Made by a program: the position numbers and the translations under genes. DNA of 64,000 nucleotides from NCBI GenBank assembly GCA_965208755.1, contig OZ242353.1, forward strand, positions 1,427,772-1,491,771, given 5' to 3'. The notes under the pieces were generated by a model that ran no database searches, was not told the origin of the DNA, and worked only from the letters and a program-made list of their open reading frames with translations. Source of the DNA: Candidatus Multivorans sp. GTDB lineage: Bacteria > Acidobacteriota > Thermoanaerobaculia > Multivoradales > Multivoraceae. This document shows, piece after piece, positions 1 through 7,922 of the stretch (positions within the stretch are counted from its first letter, which is position 1; every line of letters begins with the position of its first letter).

Positions 1-1
1 C

Positions 2-1261
2 CTCTCCACCTGGATGGGCCGCTGCCAACAGCCCATCCCGGCGAAGCCCAACGCGCGGCAGCCGACGTTGTTTCCTGCTTTCTGCGGATTCAACGAGAAC
101 GTCGGCTTCCGCGCACGCATATCACTAGAGGACGAGATCTCTAGGACCCTCCAGAGGAAGGAGATACAGGACGTCACCAAGATCCAAGGTTTCAACGAGC
201 GAGTTGCGGCCGCCGTCCGACTGTTCTCCCCTCACGCGAAGTTCCTCTGCCAGAACCGGAACGTCGATGTGGTCGTCTGCGTCATTCCCGACGAGCTTTA
301 CGACAGAATCTCAAAGAGGCACACCGCGCGTCCAGAAAAGCACTTGGAGAAGCCGGACGTCGACGACCTGATCGAGATGGATTTTCGGAGGGCTCTAAAG
401 GCCGAATGTCTCCACCTGGGTGTTCCACTACAACTGATCCGCTCCAAGTCCCTCCAACCCGATCCGCCTGGCCTGCAGGATGACGCGACGAGGGCATGGA
501 ACTTCTGCACGGCCCTCTACTACAAGGCGAACAGGACGGTACCGTGGCGACTCCCTCCCGATCCCAACATGCCGCGTACCTGCTACGCCGGCATCGGGTT
601 CTTCAGGAGCCGGGATGCCAAGGTGTTGCACACTAGCCTCGCTCAGATCTTTGACGAGCTCGGCAACAGCGTGATACTCCGTGGTACGCCCGTCGGCATC
701 GACAAGAGGGACCGACGGCCGTTCCTGCGAGGTGATCAGGCGGAGGAACTCCTCACAAGAGCGCTGGCGGAGTACAGGGATGCTCTGGGACACGCCCCGG
801 CGCGAATGGTGCTACATCGGACGTCGCGTATTCGAGCACAGGAGCTTGAGGGCTTCGAATCCGCTACGGCAGCGGCTGGTGTGTCCACTCTCGACTGCAT
901 CACGGTGCAGGACACGGATGTCAGGTTGTTCCGCCAGGGCCTTTATCCGCCTCATCGTGGCTCTATGGTCTCGCTGTCCAGCAACGAGCACCTGCTCTAC
1001 ACTCGCGGCTCGGTTGATTACTACAGGACTTACCCGGGCCTTTACGTGCCACAGCCGCTGAAGATTGTTACCGAGCACGCGGAGGCGTCTCCAAAGACGA
1101 TATGCGAGGAGCTCCTAGCGCTAACGAAGATGAACTGGAACAACACCCAGTTGGACGGGAAGCCTCCGATCACGGTTCATTGTGCCAGACAGGTCGGCCA
1201 GATCCTCAAGTATGTGGACGAGCACGAGAGGCCGCCGACCAGCTATAGCTACTATATGTAG
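2..1261 (+). CDS. Prokaryotic Argonaute (pAgo), MID-PIWI region; 5' end cut by the window edge; predicted catalytically inactive
   Basis: Reading frame is open back to nt 2. MID-like 'DVVVCVIPDELYDRISKR' and 'NFCTALYYKANRTVPWRL' (Ago MID/PIWI linker 'N.ALKIN.KLGG.PW'). PIWI-like 'RMVLHRTSRIRAQELEGF' (Ago 'RIIFYRDGVSEGQF'). C-terminal 'ELLALTKMNWNNT..PPITVHCARQVGQILKYV' matches the conserved Ago C-terminus. The position of the first catalytic Asp reads GIGFF instead of GxDV, and RDG is replaced by RTS. Confidence 0.65.
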   Translation, partial: LSTWMGRCQQPIPAKPNARQPTLFPAFCGFNENVGFRARISLEDEISRTLQRKEIQDVTKIQGFNERVAAAVRLFSPHAKFLCQNRNVDVVVCVIPDELYDRISKRHTARPEKHLEKPDVDDLIEMDFRRALKAECLHLGVPLQLIRSKSLQPDPPGLQDDATRAWNFCTALYYKANRTVPWRLPPDPNMPRTCYAGIGFFRSRDAKVLHTSLAQIFDELGNSVILRGTPVGIDKRDRRPFLRGDQAEELLTRALAEYRDALGHAPARMVLHRTSRIRAQELEGFESATAAAGVSTLDCITVQDTDVRLFRQGLYPPHRGSMVSLSSNEHLLYTRGSVDYYRTYPGLYVPQPLKIVTEHAEASPKTICEELLALTKMNWNNTQLDGKPPITVHCARQVGQILKYVDEHERPPTSYSYYM

Positions 1262-1697
1262 TGCACTCAGGTAACGGAGAAGTTGACGGGCAAGGCGCCA
1301 AGGCGGAACCGGCGCAGTCCGGCTGCCCCATCTAGTCGGCGTCCACGAGTCAGTGTTCCTGACCGAGGGAGGAACCGGGACCTCGTTCTGGCCGCCGGTT
1401 GGCTCGCCGATCGAGGGTGGCGCAGCCGGACCCCGGACCGACAGCCATCAGTCCGTGGCCGAAACCACAGGTCCGGCCCGTGGGTGACGACAAGGTCGTC
1501 GGGCGCCACCGGCGACGGCGGATGCCGCTACGGCTTCGGCGCCCGAACTGCGGGACCATCGGAAGTCCGGGCTTCATCGGGAGCACAGTGCAGCGCCTGC
1601 CTTTCCGCTTCTTGCGGCGAGGGCGAACGGTGAGTCGGGCGCGGGCCCCGTTCGTATTGTGGAACGATAGGGCCCTGCACAGGGTTGCCTGAACGCC

Positions 1698-4600
1698 ATG
1701 TCACTCCAACAACAAGCGGTCTCCGACTTCGGACGTGAAGCCAAAGCCAAGCTCTCGAATCCGGTCGCGAGCGGCGCGCCGGAGGAACAGTTGCGCGCGC
1801 CGCTCAATATGCTCGTCAAGGATCTGGCCGGACTGCTGGGCCTGCGTCCAGAGGCAGTGGTCCTGGTTGGCGAGACATCGCTTGCCGACATCAGAACCCG
1901 GCCCGACTTCGCCGTCACCCGCGGTAACGCCCTGATCGGCTTCATCGAAGTCAAGGCGCCAGGGAAAGGCGCGGATCCCCGACGCTTCCGTGACGCGCAT
2001 GATCAAGAGCAGTGGGCAAAGCTCCAGTCTCTCCCGAACCTCATCTACACGGACGGCAACGGGTTCAGCCTCTGGCGGAATGGCGAGTTGGTGGAACAGG
2101 TCGTTCAGTTGGAAGGGGACGTGGCGACCTCCGGCGGACAGCTCTCCGCCCCCGACAACCTCTTGTCCGTCTTCGACAACTTCTTCCAGTGGGAGCCATT
2201 GCCGCCCCGTTCGGCCAAGGAGCTGGCCGGCACGACGGCCCGGCTATGTCGCTTGCTGCGCGAGGAGGTAACGGAACAGTTGGGCCGCGGTTCACCCTCG
2301 CTCACGAATCTCGCGACGGATTGGCGAAAGCTCCTTTTTCCGAGGGCCACGGATGAAGCCTTCGCCGACGGCTACGCCCAGGCTGTCACCTTCGGGCTCC
2401 TGATGGCGCGAGCGCGCGACATCAGGCTCGCCGAGGGTCTCGATCGAGTCGCCCGCGAGTTGCGCGACACCAATACGCTCATCGGTACAGCCCTCCGCAT
2501 CCTCACCGACGACGCCGACAATGAGATGGCGCTCAAGACCTCGCTCGCCACCCTGACGAGAGTGCTCGACGCAGTCGATTGGCTCACCGTCAGCAAGGGC
2601 GAACCGGAAGCCTGGCTGTACTTCTACGAGGACTTCCTGGGCGTGTACGACAACGAGCTTCGCAAGAAGACAGGCTCGTACTACACGCCGCCCGAAGTGG
2701 TCGCCGCGATGGTGCGGCTGGTCGACGAGGCCCTGTGCTCCGGGCAGCGCTTCGGTCTGCACGGCGGGCTCGCCTCCCCGGACGTGACCATCGCCGACCC
2801 GGCGACGGGGACCGGCACCTTCCTGCTCGGGGTTCTACGGCGCATCGCGCAGACGACCGCGGCCGACCAAGGGCCCGGTGGGCCGCCCGCCGTGGTCGAG
2901 GAGGCCGTATCCCGACTCATCGGATTCGAGATGCAGTTCGGTCCCTTCGCCGTGGCGCAACTCCGCCTCCTCGCGGAGTTGCGATCGCTCCTCGGTGACC
3001 CGGACGCGGTGCCCGAGACGCGGCTGTTCGTGACCGACACGCTTGGCAACCCCTATGCCGAGGAGGAGTACCTGCCGAACATCCTCACGCCCCTCGGCGA
3101 GTCTCGCCAGCGCGCAAATGCCATCAAGCGGGAGGAGGAGATTAGGGTCGTCATCGGCAATCCGCCTTACAAGGAAAAAGCGAAGGGACTCGGCGGCTGG
3201 ATCGAGAGCGGCTCGCCGGGCAGGGAGGCTGCCGCTCCCTTCCGCCAGTGGATGCCTCCGGTGGAGTGGAGGGTCGGCACCCATACGAAGCATCTGCGAA
3301 ACCTCTACGTCTACTTCTGGCGCTGGGCGACGTGGAAGGTCTTCGGTGACGCCAACCTGCCGGGCATTGAGGATCATGGGCCGAACCGCACCGAAGACGG
3401 CAACCGGTCACGGACAGAAGGCGCGCGGCCGACAGATCGTCGCGGCATCGTCTGCTTCATCACCGTGGCGGGCTTTCTGAACGGGCCCGGCTTTCAGAAG
3501 ATGCGGGCGGAGCTCCGCCGGGACGCGGACGAGATCTGGGTCATCGACTGCTCGCCGGAGGGGCATCAACCGGAAGTAAGGACTCGCATCTTCCAGGGTG
3601 TGCAGCAGCCGGTTTGCATCGTCATGGCGGTTCGCAGCACCGACGCGGGCTCGGTCGAACCGGCGCGAGTCCGCTACCGGTCTCTGCCGCCCGGACATCG
3701 AACCGAGAAGTTCGCGGCGCTTGGCCAGATTGCGCTCGACGACGACGGTTGGACTGAATCGCGGGCGGAACCCCGCGCCTCGTTCTTGCCCCAACCAGCC
3801 GGGACTTGGGGGGAGTTCGCGGCTCTGGAAGACCTGTTCGACTACGACGGCTCCGGCGTCATGCCCGGACGGACTTGGGTGATCGCTCCCGATCGCGACT
3901 CGTTGGAGCGACGCTGGAAGGCGCTGCAATCCGAAGCCGACACCGGAACCAAGGAGGCGCTCTTCTACCCGCATCCGCAAGGGGACAAGCACGTCCACAA
4001 GCCGTTGCGGCGGGGACTCCATGGCCACGAGTTTCGTTCTGGCCCAGTCGCCTCGGACACCGGAGCCGTGATCCCGCCGGTCCTCTACGGGCACCGCTCC
4101 TTTGATCGTCAGTGGATCATCCCGGATGGGCGGCTCATCAATCGGCCGAATCCGACCCTTTGGGGCTCTCAGTCCAACCGGCAGGTCTGGATGACGGCAC
4201 TACAGGCGCACACGATCTCTGCGGGGCCGGCTGTCACCTTCGCCGCGGCGATACCCGATCTGCACCACTACAACGGTCGGGGCGGTCGTGTGTTCCCTCT
4301 TTGGGCCGACCGCGATTGCCGGACGCCCAACCTCAAGGCTGGCCTGCTCCAGGAACTGGCCGATGTCCAGGGGGTTGCCGTCGGCGCCCCCGACCTCATG
4401 GCCTACTTCGCGGCGGTCGCGGCGCACCCCGCGTACACGGCGCACTTCCGCTCCGATCTAGTGCAGCCCGGCTTGCGGTTTCCATTGACCGCTGACGCCT
4501 CGCTATTCGCCGACGCAGTCGAGATCGGGCGAGAGATTGTCTGGCTCCACTGCTTCGGCGAGCGGTTCGCCGACGCCGATGCAGGACGACCCGACGGCCC

Positions 4601-5108
4601 GCCGCGCATGCCACAGCACGAGCGGCCCACTATCCCGGCGGAAGGCGCGATCTCTACCCACCCGGACCACTTCCCGGAACGCCTCGACTACATCGCCACA
4701 CTCCGCCGCCTGACGGTAGGCGACGGCTTCATCGACAACGTGCCGCCAGCGGTGTGGGAGTACGAAGTCTCGGGCAAACAGGTGCTCCCCCAATGGTTCA
4801 GCTACCGCCGGCGTGATCGCTCCCGGCCCCTCATCGGCGACCGGCGACCGCCGTCCGCGCTTGAGGAGGTCCAGGCCGACCGCTGGCTCGCTGAGTACAC
4901 CACGGAACTGATCAACGTACTGCATGTGCTCGGTCGTCTGGTCGCGCTCGAACTTCGACAGGCCGATCTTCTCGGCCGAATCTGCGACGGCCCCCTCTTG
5001 AGCGCCGACGATCTTCGGACCAACGGAGCCTTCGACGCGTCGGTCACGGTACGGCGCGGGCGCGCAAGCGAGGGGCAGGGGAGCCTCCTCGACCACCCGG
5101 ATACCTAG
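1698..5108 (+). CDS. Type IIG/IIL restriction-modification enzyme, MmeI-like: N-terminal PD-(D/E)xK nuclease fused to gamma-class N6-adenine methyltransferase and a C-terminal target-recognition region
   Basis: N-terminal 'RPDFAVTRGNALIGFIEVKAPGK' (D-x12-E-V-K, as in the MmeI nuclease domain); 'SYYTPPEVV'; methyltransferase motif I 'DPATGTGTFL' and motif IV 'NPPY' (Eco57I-type N6-MTase). 1136 aa. No brx or pglZ partners nearby, so it is not BREX PglX. Confidence 0.7.
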   Translation: MSLQQQAVSDFGREAKAKLSNPVASGAPEEQLRAPLNMLVKDLAGLLGLRPEAVVLVGETSLADIRTRPDFAVTRGNALIGFIEVKAPGKGADPRRFRDAHDQEQWAKLQSLPNLIYTDGNGFSLWRNGELVEQVVQLEGDVATSGGQLSAPDNLLSVFDNFFQWEPLPPRSAKELAGTTARLCRLLREEVTEQLGRGSPSLTNLATDWRKLLFPRATDEAFADGYAQAVTFGLLMARARDIRLAEGLDRVARELRDTNTLIGTALRILTDDADNEMALKTSLATLTRVLDAVDWLTVSKGEPEAWLYFYEDFLGVYDNELRKKTGSYYTPPEVVAAMVRLVDEALCSGQRFGLHGGLASPDVTIADPATGTGTFLLGVLRRIAQTTAADQGPGGPPAVVEEAVSRLIGFEMQFGPFAVAQLRLLAELRSLLGDPDAVPETRLFVTDTLGNPYAEEEYLPNILTPLGESRQRANAIKREEEIRVVIGNPPYKEKAKGLGGWIESGSPGREAAAPFRQWMPPVEWRVGTHTKHLRNLYVYFWRWATWKVFGDANLPGIEDHGPNRTEDGNRSRTEGARPTDRRGIVCFITVAGFLNGPGFQKMRAELRRDADEIWVIDCSPEGHQPEVRTRIFQGVQQPVCIVMAVRSTDAGSVEPARVRYRSLPPGHRTEKFAALGQIALDDDGWTESRAEPRASFLPQPAGTWGEFAALEDLFDYDGSGVMPGRTWVIAPDRDSLERRWKALQSEADTGTKEALFYPHPQGDKHVHKPLRRGLHGHEFRSGPVASDTGAVIPPVLYGHRSFDRQWIIPDGRLINRPNPTLWGSQSNRQVWMTALQAHTISAGPAVTFAAAIPDLHHYNGRGGRVFPLWADRDCRTPNLKAGLLQELADVQGVAVGAPDLMAYFAAVAAHPAYTAHFRSDLVQPGLRFPLTADASLFADAVEIGREIVWLHCFGERFADADAGRPDGPPRMPQHERPTIPAEGAISTHPDHFPERLDYIATLRRLTVGDGFIDNVPPAVWEYEVSGKQVLPQWFSYRRRDRSRPLIGDRRPPSALEEVQADRWLAEYTTELINVLHVLGRLVALELRQADLLGRICDGPLLSADDLRTNGAFDASVTVRRGRASEGQGSLLDHPDT

Positions 5109-5189
5109 ACAGTCGAACCGAATGCCAACCGGCCATGTGGCCGTACCCTGGCAGCCTGTGGTGGCGGGGAAGCCACTGAGAGCAACAGC

Positions 5190-5378
5190 TCAGGGGATCG
5201 ACTCGACCCCCAGATCCGCGCAGATCTTCCGCGCCAGTATCCGGTTGATCTCGGTATGCCGTGGAATGGCGCTACGGCGATCGTCGGCGCGGTTCCACCA
5301 CCAGGAGCGCCGTCGCCCTTCCCGCACCAGCTCGCGGCCCTGTCTTCGAAGATGGCGCAGAAGAGCTCTGCGCTTCAG
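5190..5378 (-). CDS. hicA: HicA-like mRNA interferase toxin (about 62 aa); no canonical start codon, CTG candidate
   Basis: Translation 'LKRRALLRHLRRQGRELVREGRRRSWWWNRADDRRSAIPRHTEINRILARKICADLGVESIP' fits the HicA/YcfA pattern (helix-G-basic-SWW-N, then ..IPRH..I....L). It overlaps the hicB stop by 4 nt. It is absent from the ORF track because there is no ATG/GTG/TTG after the upstream stop. Confidence 0.5.
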   Translation of the reverse strand: MKRRALLRHLRRQGRELVREGRRRSWWWNRADDRRSAIPRHTEINRILARKICADLGVESIP

Positions 5379-5590
5379 GTACCAACGACGACCTTCTCCA
5401 GCGTGTAGCCCTCACCCGCCGCGGCCAGCGCCGCCGCGCGATTGAACTCCAGCGCCTCGCTCAGAGTGATGGTCAATGTGTCCAGTAACTCCTCGCAGCT
5501 CCGTTCCTGGCAGTTCAGGCCCGGCACCTCCTCGATCCAACCGATCCACCAGTCACCGGCCCGCTTGACGATCGCGGTGTACTCCTGCAC
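5375..5590 (-). CDS. hicB: HicB-like antitoxin (UPF0150/HicB_lk family)
   Basis: 'YTAIVKRAGDWWIGWIEEVPGLNCQERSCEELLDTLTITLSEALEFNR' matches the small HicB fold proteins. GTG start at V22 of the listed ORF with an upstream 'GAGGAG..GGAGG'; alternative ATG starts exist at 5638 and 5653. Confidence 0.55.
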   Translation of the reverse strand: MQEYTAIVKRAGDWWIGWIEEVPGLNCQERSCEELLDTLTITLSEALEFNRAAALAAAGEGYTLEKVVVGT

Positions 5591-5858
5591 TTCCTCCGGC
5601 TCCTCTTGCGAAGACGTTCGTCGCAAGCACCCATGCATCCAGGCAGCCCGCAAAGCAGATTCTATCTCCGCGGCGGCCCTTGGCCGCTCCCATGAGGCCG
5701 TTCAGTTCGCTTGCGTCGTCTGCCAGGTAGAGGTAGCTTCCACGCAGATACCCGCCGGCAACGTGCTGTCGGCTCAAGGGCTGCTCTTCGGAGCAGCCCT
5801 TGCTGTTTCGGGCCTCGGGCTAGACTCTCGGCATCCAGTCGAAACAGGAGGACGCAGA

Positions 5859-6929
5859 ATGAGAGTCCGATTCACCGCGGCTTCGACCGCCATCCTCGTG
5901 CTGTTGCTCGCGGCGCCGGCCTTCGCGGCCGAAGGCGAGATCAAACGGGCCGCCAACGGCAAGCCCGACCTGACCGGCACCTATGACGCGGCCACCCTGA
6001 CGCCGCTCCAGCGGCCGGAGGAGTACGGCGAGAACCTGTACCTGACGCCGGAAGAGGCGGAGAAGATCGCGGCCGACGCGGCCAAAGGGCGCGCCGAACG
6101 CCACCAAGTCTCCGATCCGAACCGCGAAGCGCCGCCGGAGGGTGGAGACGGCTCACCCGGCGCGGCCGGCAACGTCGGCGGCTACAACAGCTTCTGGCTC
6201 GACCGGGGCACGGACACGTTCGCGGTGGACGGCAAGTTCCGCACCTCGATCATCATCGATCCGCCGAACGGCCGCATGCCGGAAACGACCGAGGCGGCGA
6301 AGGCGAGATTCGCGGAGCGCGCCAAGCTGCGGCGTCCGAACGAGGGCGTCGCCTGGTGGCTGGAGCTCGACGGCCCGGGCCCTTACGACGGCCCCGAGTC
6401 GCTGCCGATCAGCGAGCGCTGCATCCTCGGCTTCACCGGCGCCACGCCGACCTTCCCGAGCGGCTACAACAACTACAAGCGGGTCGTGCAGACCGAAGAC
6501 CACATCATGATCCTGATCGAGATGGTCCATGACGCCCGGATCATCCGTCTGAACGACGAGCACCCGAGTCCCGAGGAGCGGCGGTGGCTGGGCGATTCGG
6601 TCGGCTGGTGGGAAGGCGACACTCTGGTCATCGACTCGGTGCACTTCCGGCCCGACGGGTTCCTGCGCGGCGCGACCAAGGACCTCCACGTCACGGAGCG
6701 CCTGACGCTGCAGCCGGACGGCAACATCCTCTACCACTTCACGATGAACGATCCGGCCACCTGGGAAGCCCCCTGGTCCGGCGAGTACATCTGGAAGCGC
6801 GACCAGGAACGGGTCTACGAGTACGCCTGCCACGAGGGCAACTACTCGATGGGCGGCACGCTACGTGGCGCGCGCATCCTCGAGGACGACTGGCGCGCCG
6901 GCAAGGCGGCGAGCACCGGCGGCGAGTAG
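5859..6929 (+). CDS. Secreted hypothetical protein (signal peptide)
   Basis: ATG at 5859 preceded by AGGAG. N-terminus 'MRVRFTAASTAILVLLLAAPAFAAEG' is a signal peptide. The part of the listed ORF upstream overlaps hicB and is not coding. Confidence 0.55.
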   Translation: MRVRFTAASTAILVLLLAAPAFAAEGEIKRAANGKPDLTGTYDAATLTPLQRPEEYGENLYLTPEEAEKIAADAAKGRAERHQVSDPNREAPPEGGDGSPGAAGNVGGYNSFWLDRGTDTFAVDGKFRTSIIIDPPNGRMPETTEAAKARFAERAKLRRPNEGVAWWLELDGPGPYDGPESLPISERCILGFTGATPTFPSGYNNYKRVVQTEDHIMILIEMVHDARIIRLNDEHPSPEERRWLGDSVGWWEGDTLVIDSVHFRPDGFLRGATKDLHVTERLTLQPDGNILYHFTMNDPATWEAPWSGEYIWKRDQERVYEYACHEGNYSMGGTLRGARILEDDWRAGKAASTGGE

Positions 6930-6983
6930 CGGCCGGTAGGTGGCGTAGCACCGGCGGCGAGTAGCGGCCGGTAGGTGGCGTAG
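6914..6983. repeat. Perfect 35-bp tandem duplication (2 copies) spanning the stop codon of the upstream CDS
   Basis: 'caccggcggcgagtagcggccggtaggtggcgtag' occurs twice head-to-tail (6914-6948 and 6949-6983); a third partial copy 'caccc' follows. Confidence 0.8.
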
Positions 6984-6989
6984 CACCCG

Positions 6990-7169
6990 CCAGTCCGGGC
7001 GTCCGCGGGGGAGGGGCTCCCAGCGGCCGCTCACGCTCAAGAAGAGAGTGAGAGGCCGGCGCTCGCTCCACTACGCTCGCTTCGGTCGGTCGTCGTTTGA
7101 TGGACGGGCGCCGGGCGTCGCTCGCTTCGAGTCCGCTGGGAGCCCCTCCCCCGCGGACGCCCGGACTGG
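6990..7169. repeat. Perfect 37-bp inverted repeat flanking a 106-nt loop (long hairpin, MITE-like or structured RNA)
   Basis: 6990-7026 'ccagtccgggcgtccgcgggggaggggctcccagcgg' is the exact reverse complement of 7133-7169. The loop carries three copies of the short motif 'cgctcgcttcg' (one degenerate: cgctcgctcca). It lies between convergent genes. Confidence 0.8.
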
Positions 7170-7236
7170 CTGGACCACTTCGGCCGGCGCTGGCAGTCCT
7201 TGGTGCGCCAACTCAGCCGACAACGCACCAACCGTC

Positions 7237-7914
7237 TTACTTGTCGCGCCGATTCGGGCCGATCGCGATCTCGGTGATGTGGAGGCTGAGACCTTCGCCG
7301 GCGCTCAAGCCGACGACGTCGGCTGGGCTGAGGTCTTTGGACGGAAGCTCGGCGACGGCCTCGCCGCCGATGTAGAAGAACCCCTTTTCGCCCCGGATGT
7401 CGACTTCCAGGACGTTCTCCGCGGGCGAAGTGGCAGGGTCGTCGAGGACGGTGACCCGGTCGTGAGCCGTCCAAGGCGCGAGTTCCTGCATCTCGTCGCC
7501 GGTGTGTCGGGCTATGCGAAACCGGCCGGTGTTGTCGATCTGGAAGGAGACGTAGGTTGGCTTGTCCCCTTCGAGGTCGCTTCCGCCGAGGAAGAGGCCG
7601 AAGGGGGTGTCGACTCGGGTCGAGCCGGATCGTTCCGGGTCGCCTTTCGGGAACAGGTAGATCGTGCTCTTGACGGCGTAGTTGCCCGAGGCGAAGCGGC
7701 CCGGGTCCCAGAGCAGGCCAGCGGGGCCGGCGTAGACGTGCCAGCCGGGTCGCATGACGACGAAGTTCCTTTCGGTTGCTTCGTCGGAGCCGTCGTAGCG
7801 GACCTTCCAGTGTTCGGGACGTTCCAGGTTCTGGCCTGACTGGGCCGACGCGGCTGCCGGGACCACCATCGCGGCGACCGCGACTGCGCACCAGGCCCTT
7901 CGAAGATCGCGCAT
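7237..7914 (-). CDS. Secreted hypothetical protein (signal peptide)
   Basis: 'MRDLRRAWCAVAVAAMVVPAAASAQSG' signal peptide; no recognisable catalytic motif. Confidence 0.5.
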   Translation of the reverse strand: MRDLRRAWCAVAVAAMVVPAAASAQSGQNLERPEHWKVRYDGSDEATERNFVVMRPGWHVYAGPAGLLWDPGRFASGNYAVKSTIYLFPKGDPERSGSTRVDTPFGLFLGGSDLEGDKPTYVSFQIDNTGRFRIARHTGDEMQELAPWTAHDRVTVLDDPATSPAENVLEVDIRGEKGFFYIGGEAVAELPSKDLSPADVVGLSAGEGLSLHITEIAIGPNRRDK

Positions 7915-7922
7915 CGAGGCTC

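Noticed and set aside
1698-5108. BREX PglX
   Set aside because: The Eco57I-type MTase is shared with PglX, but the protein carries an N-terminal PD-(D/E)xK nuclease motif. No brxA/B/C, pglZ or brxL genes are nearby, so an MmeI-like RM enzyme is the better call.
6914-6983. Possible CRISPR array
   Set aside because: Only a 2.1-copy tandem duplication with no spacers; no other direct-repeat/spacer pattern anywhere in the window; no cas genes.
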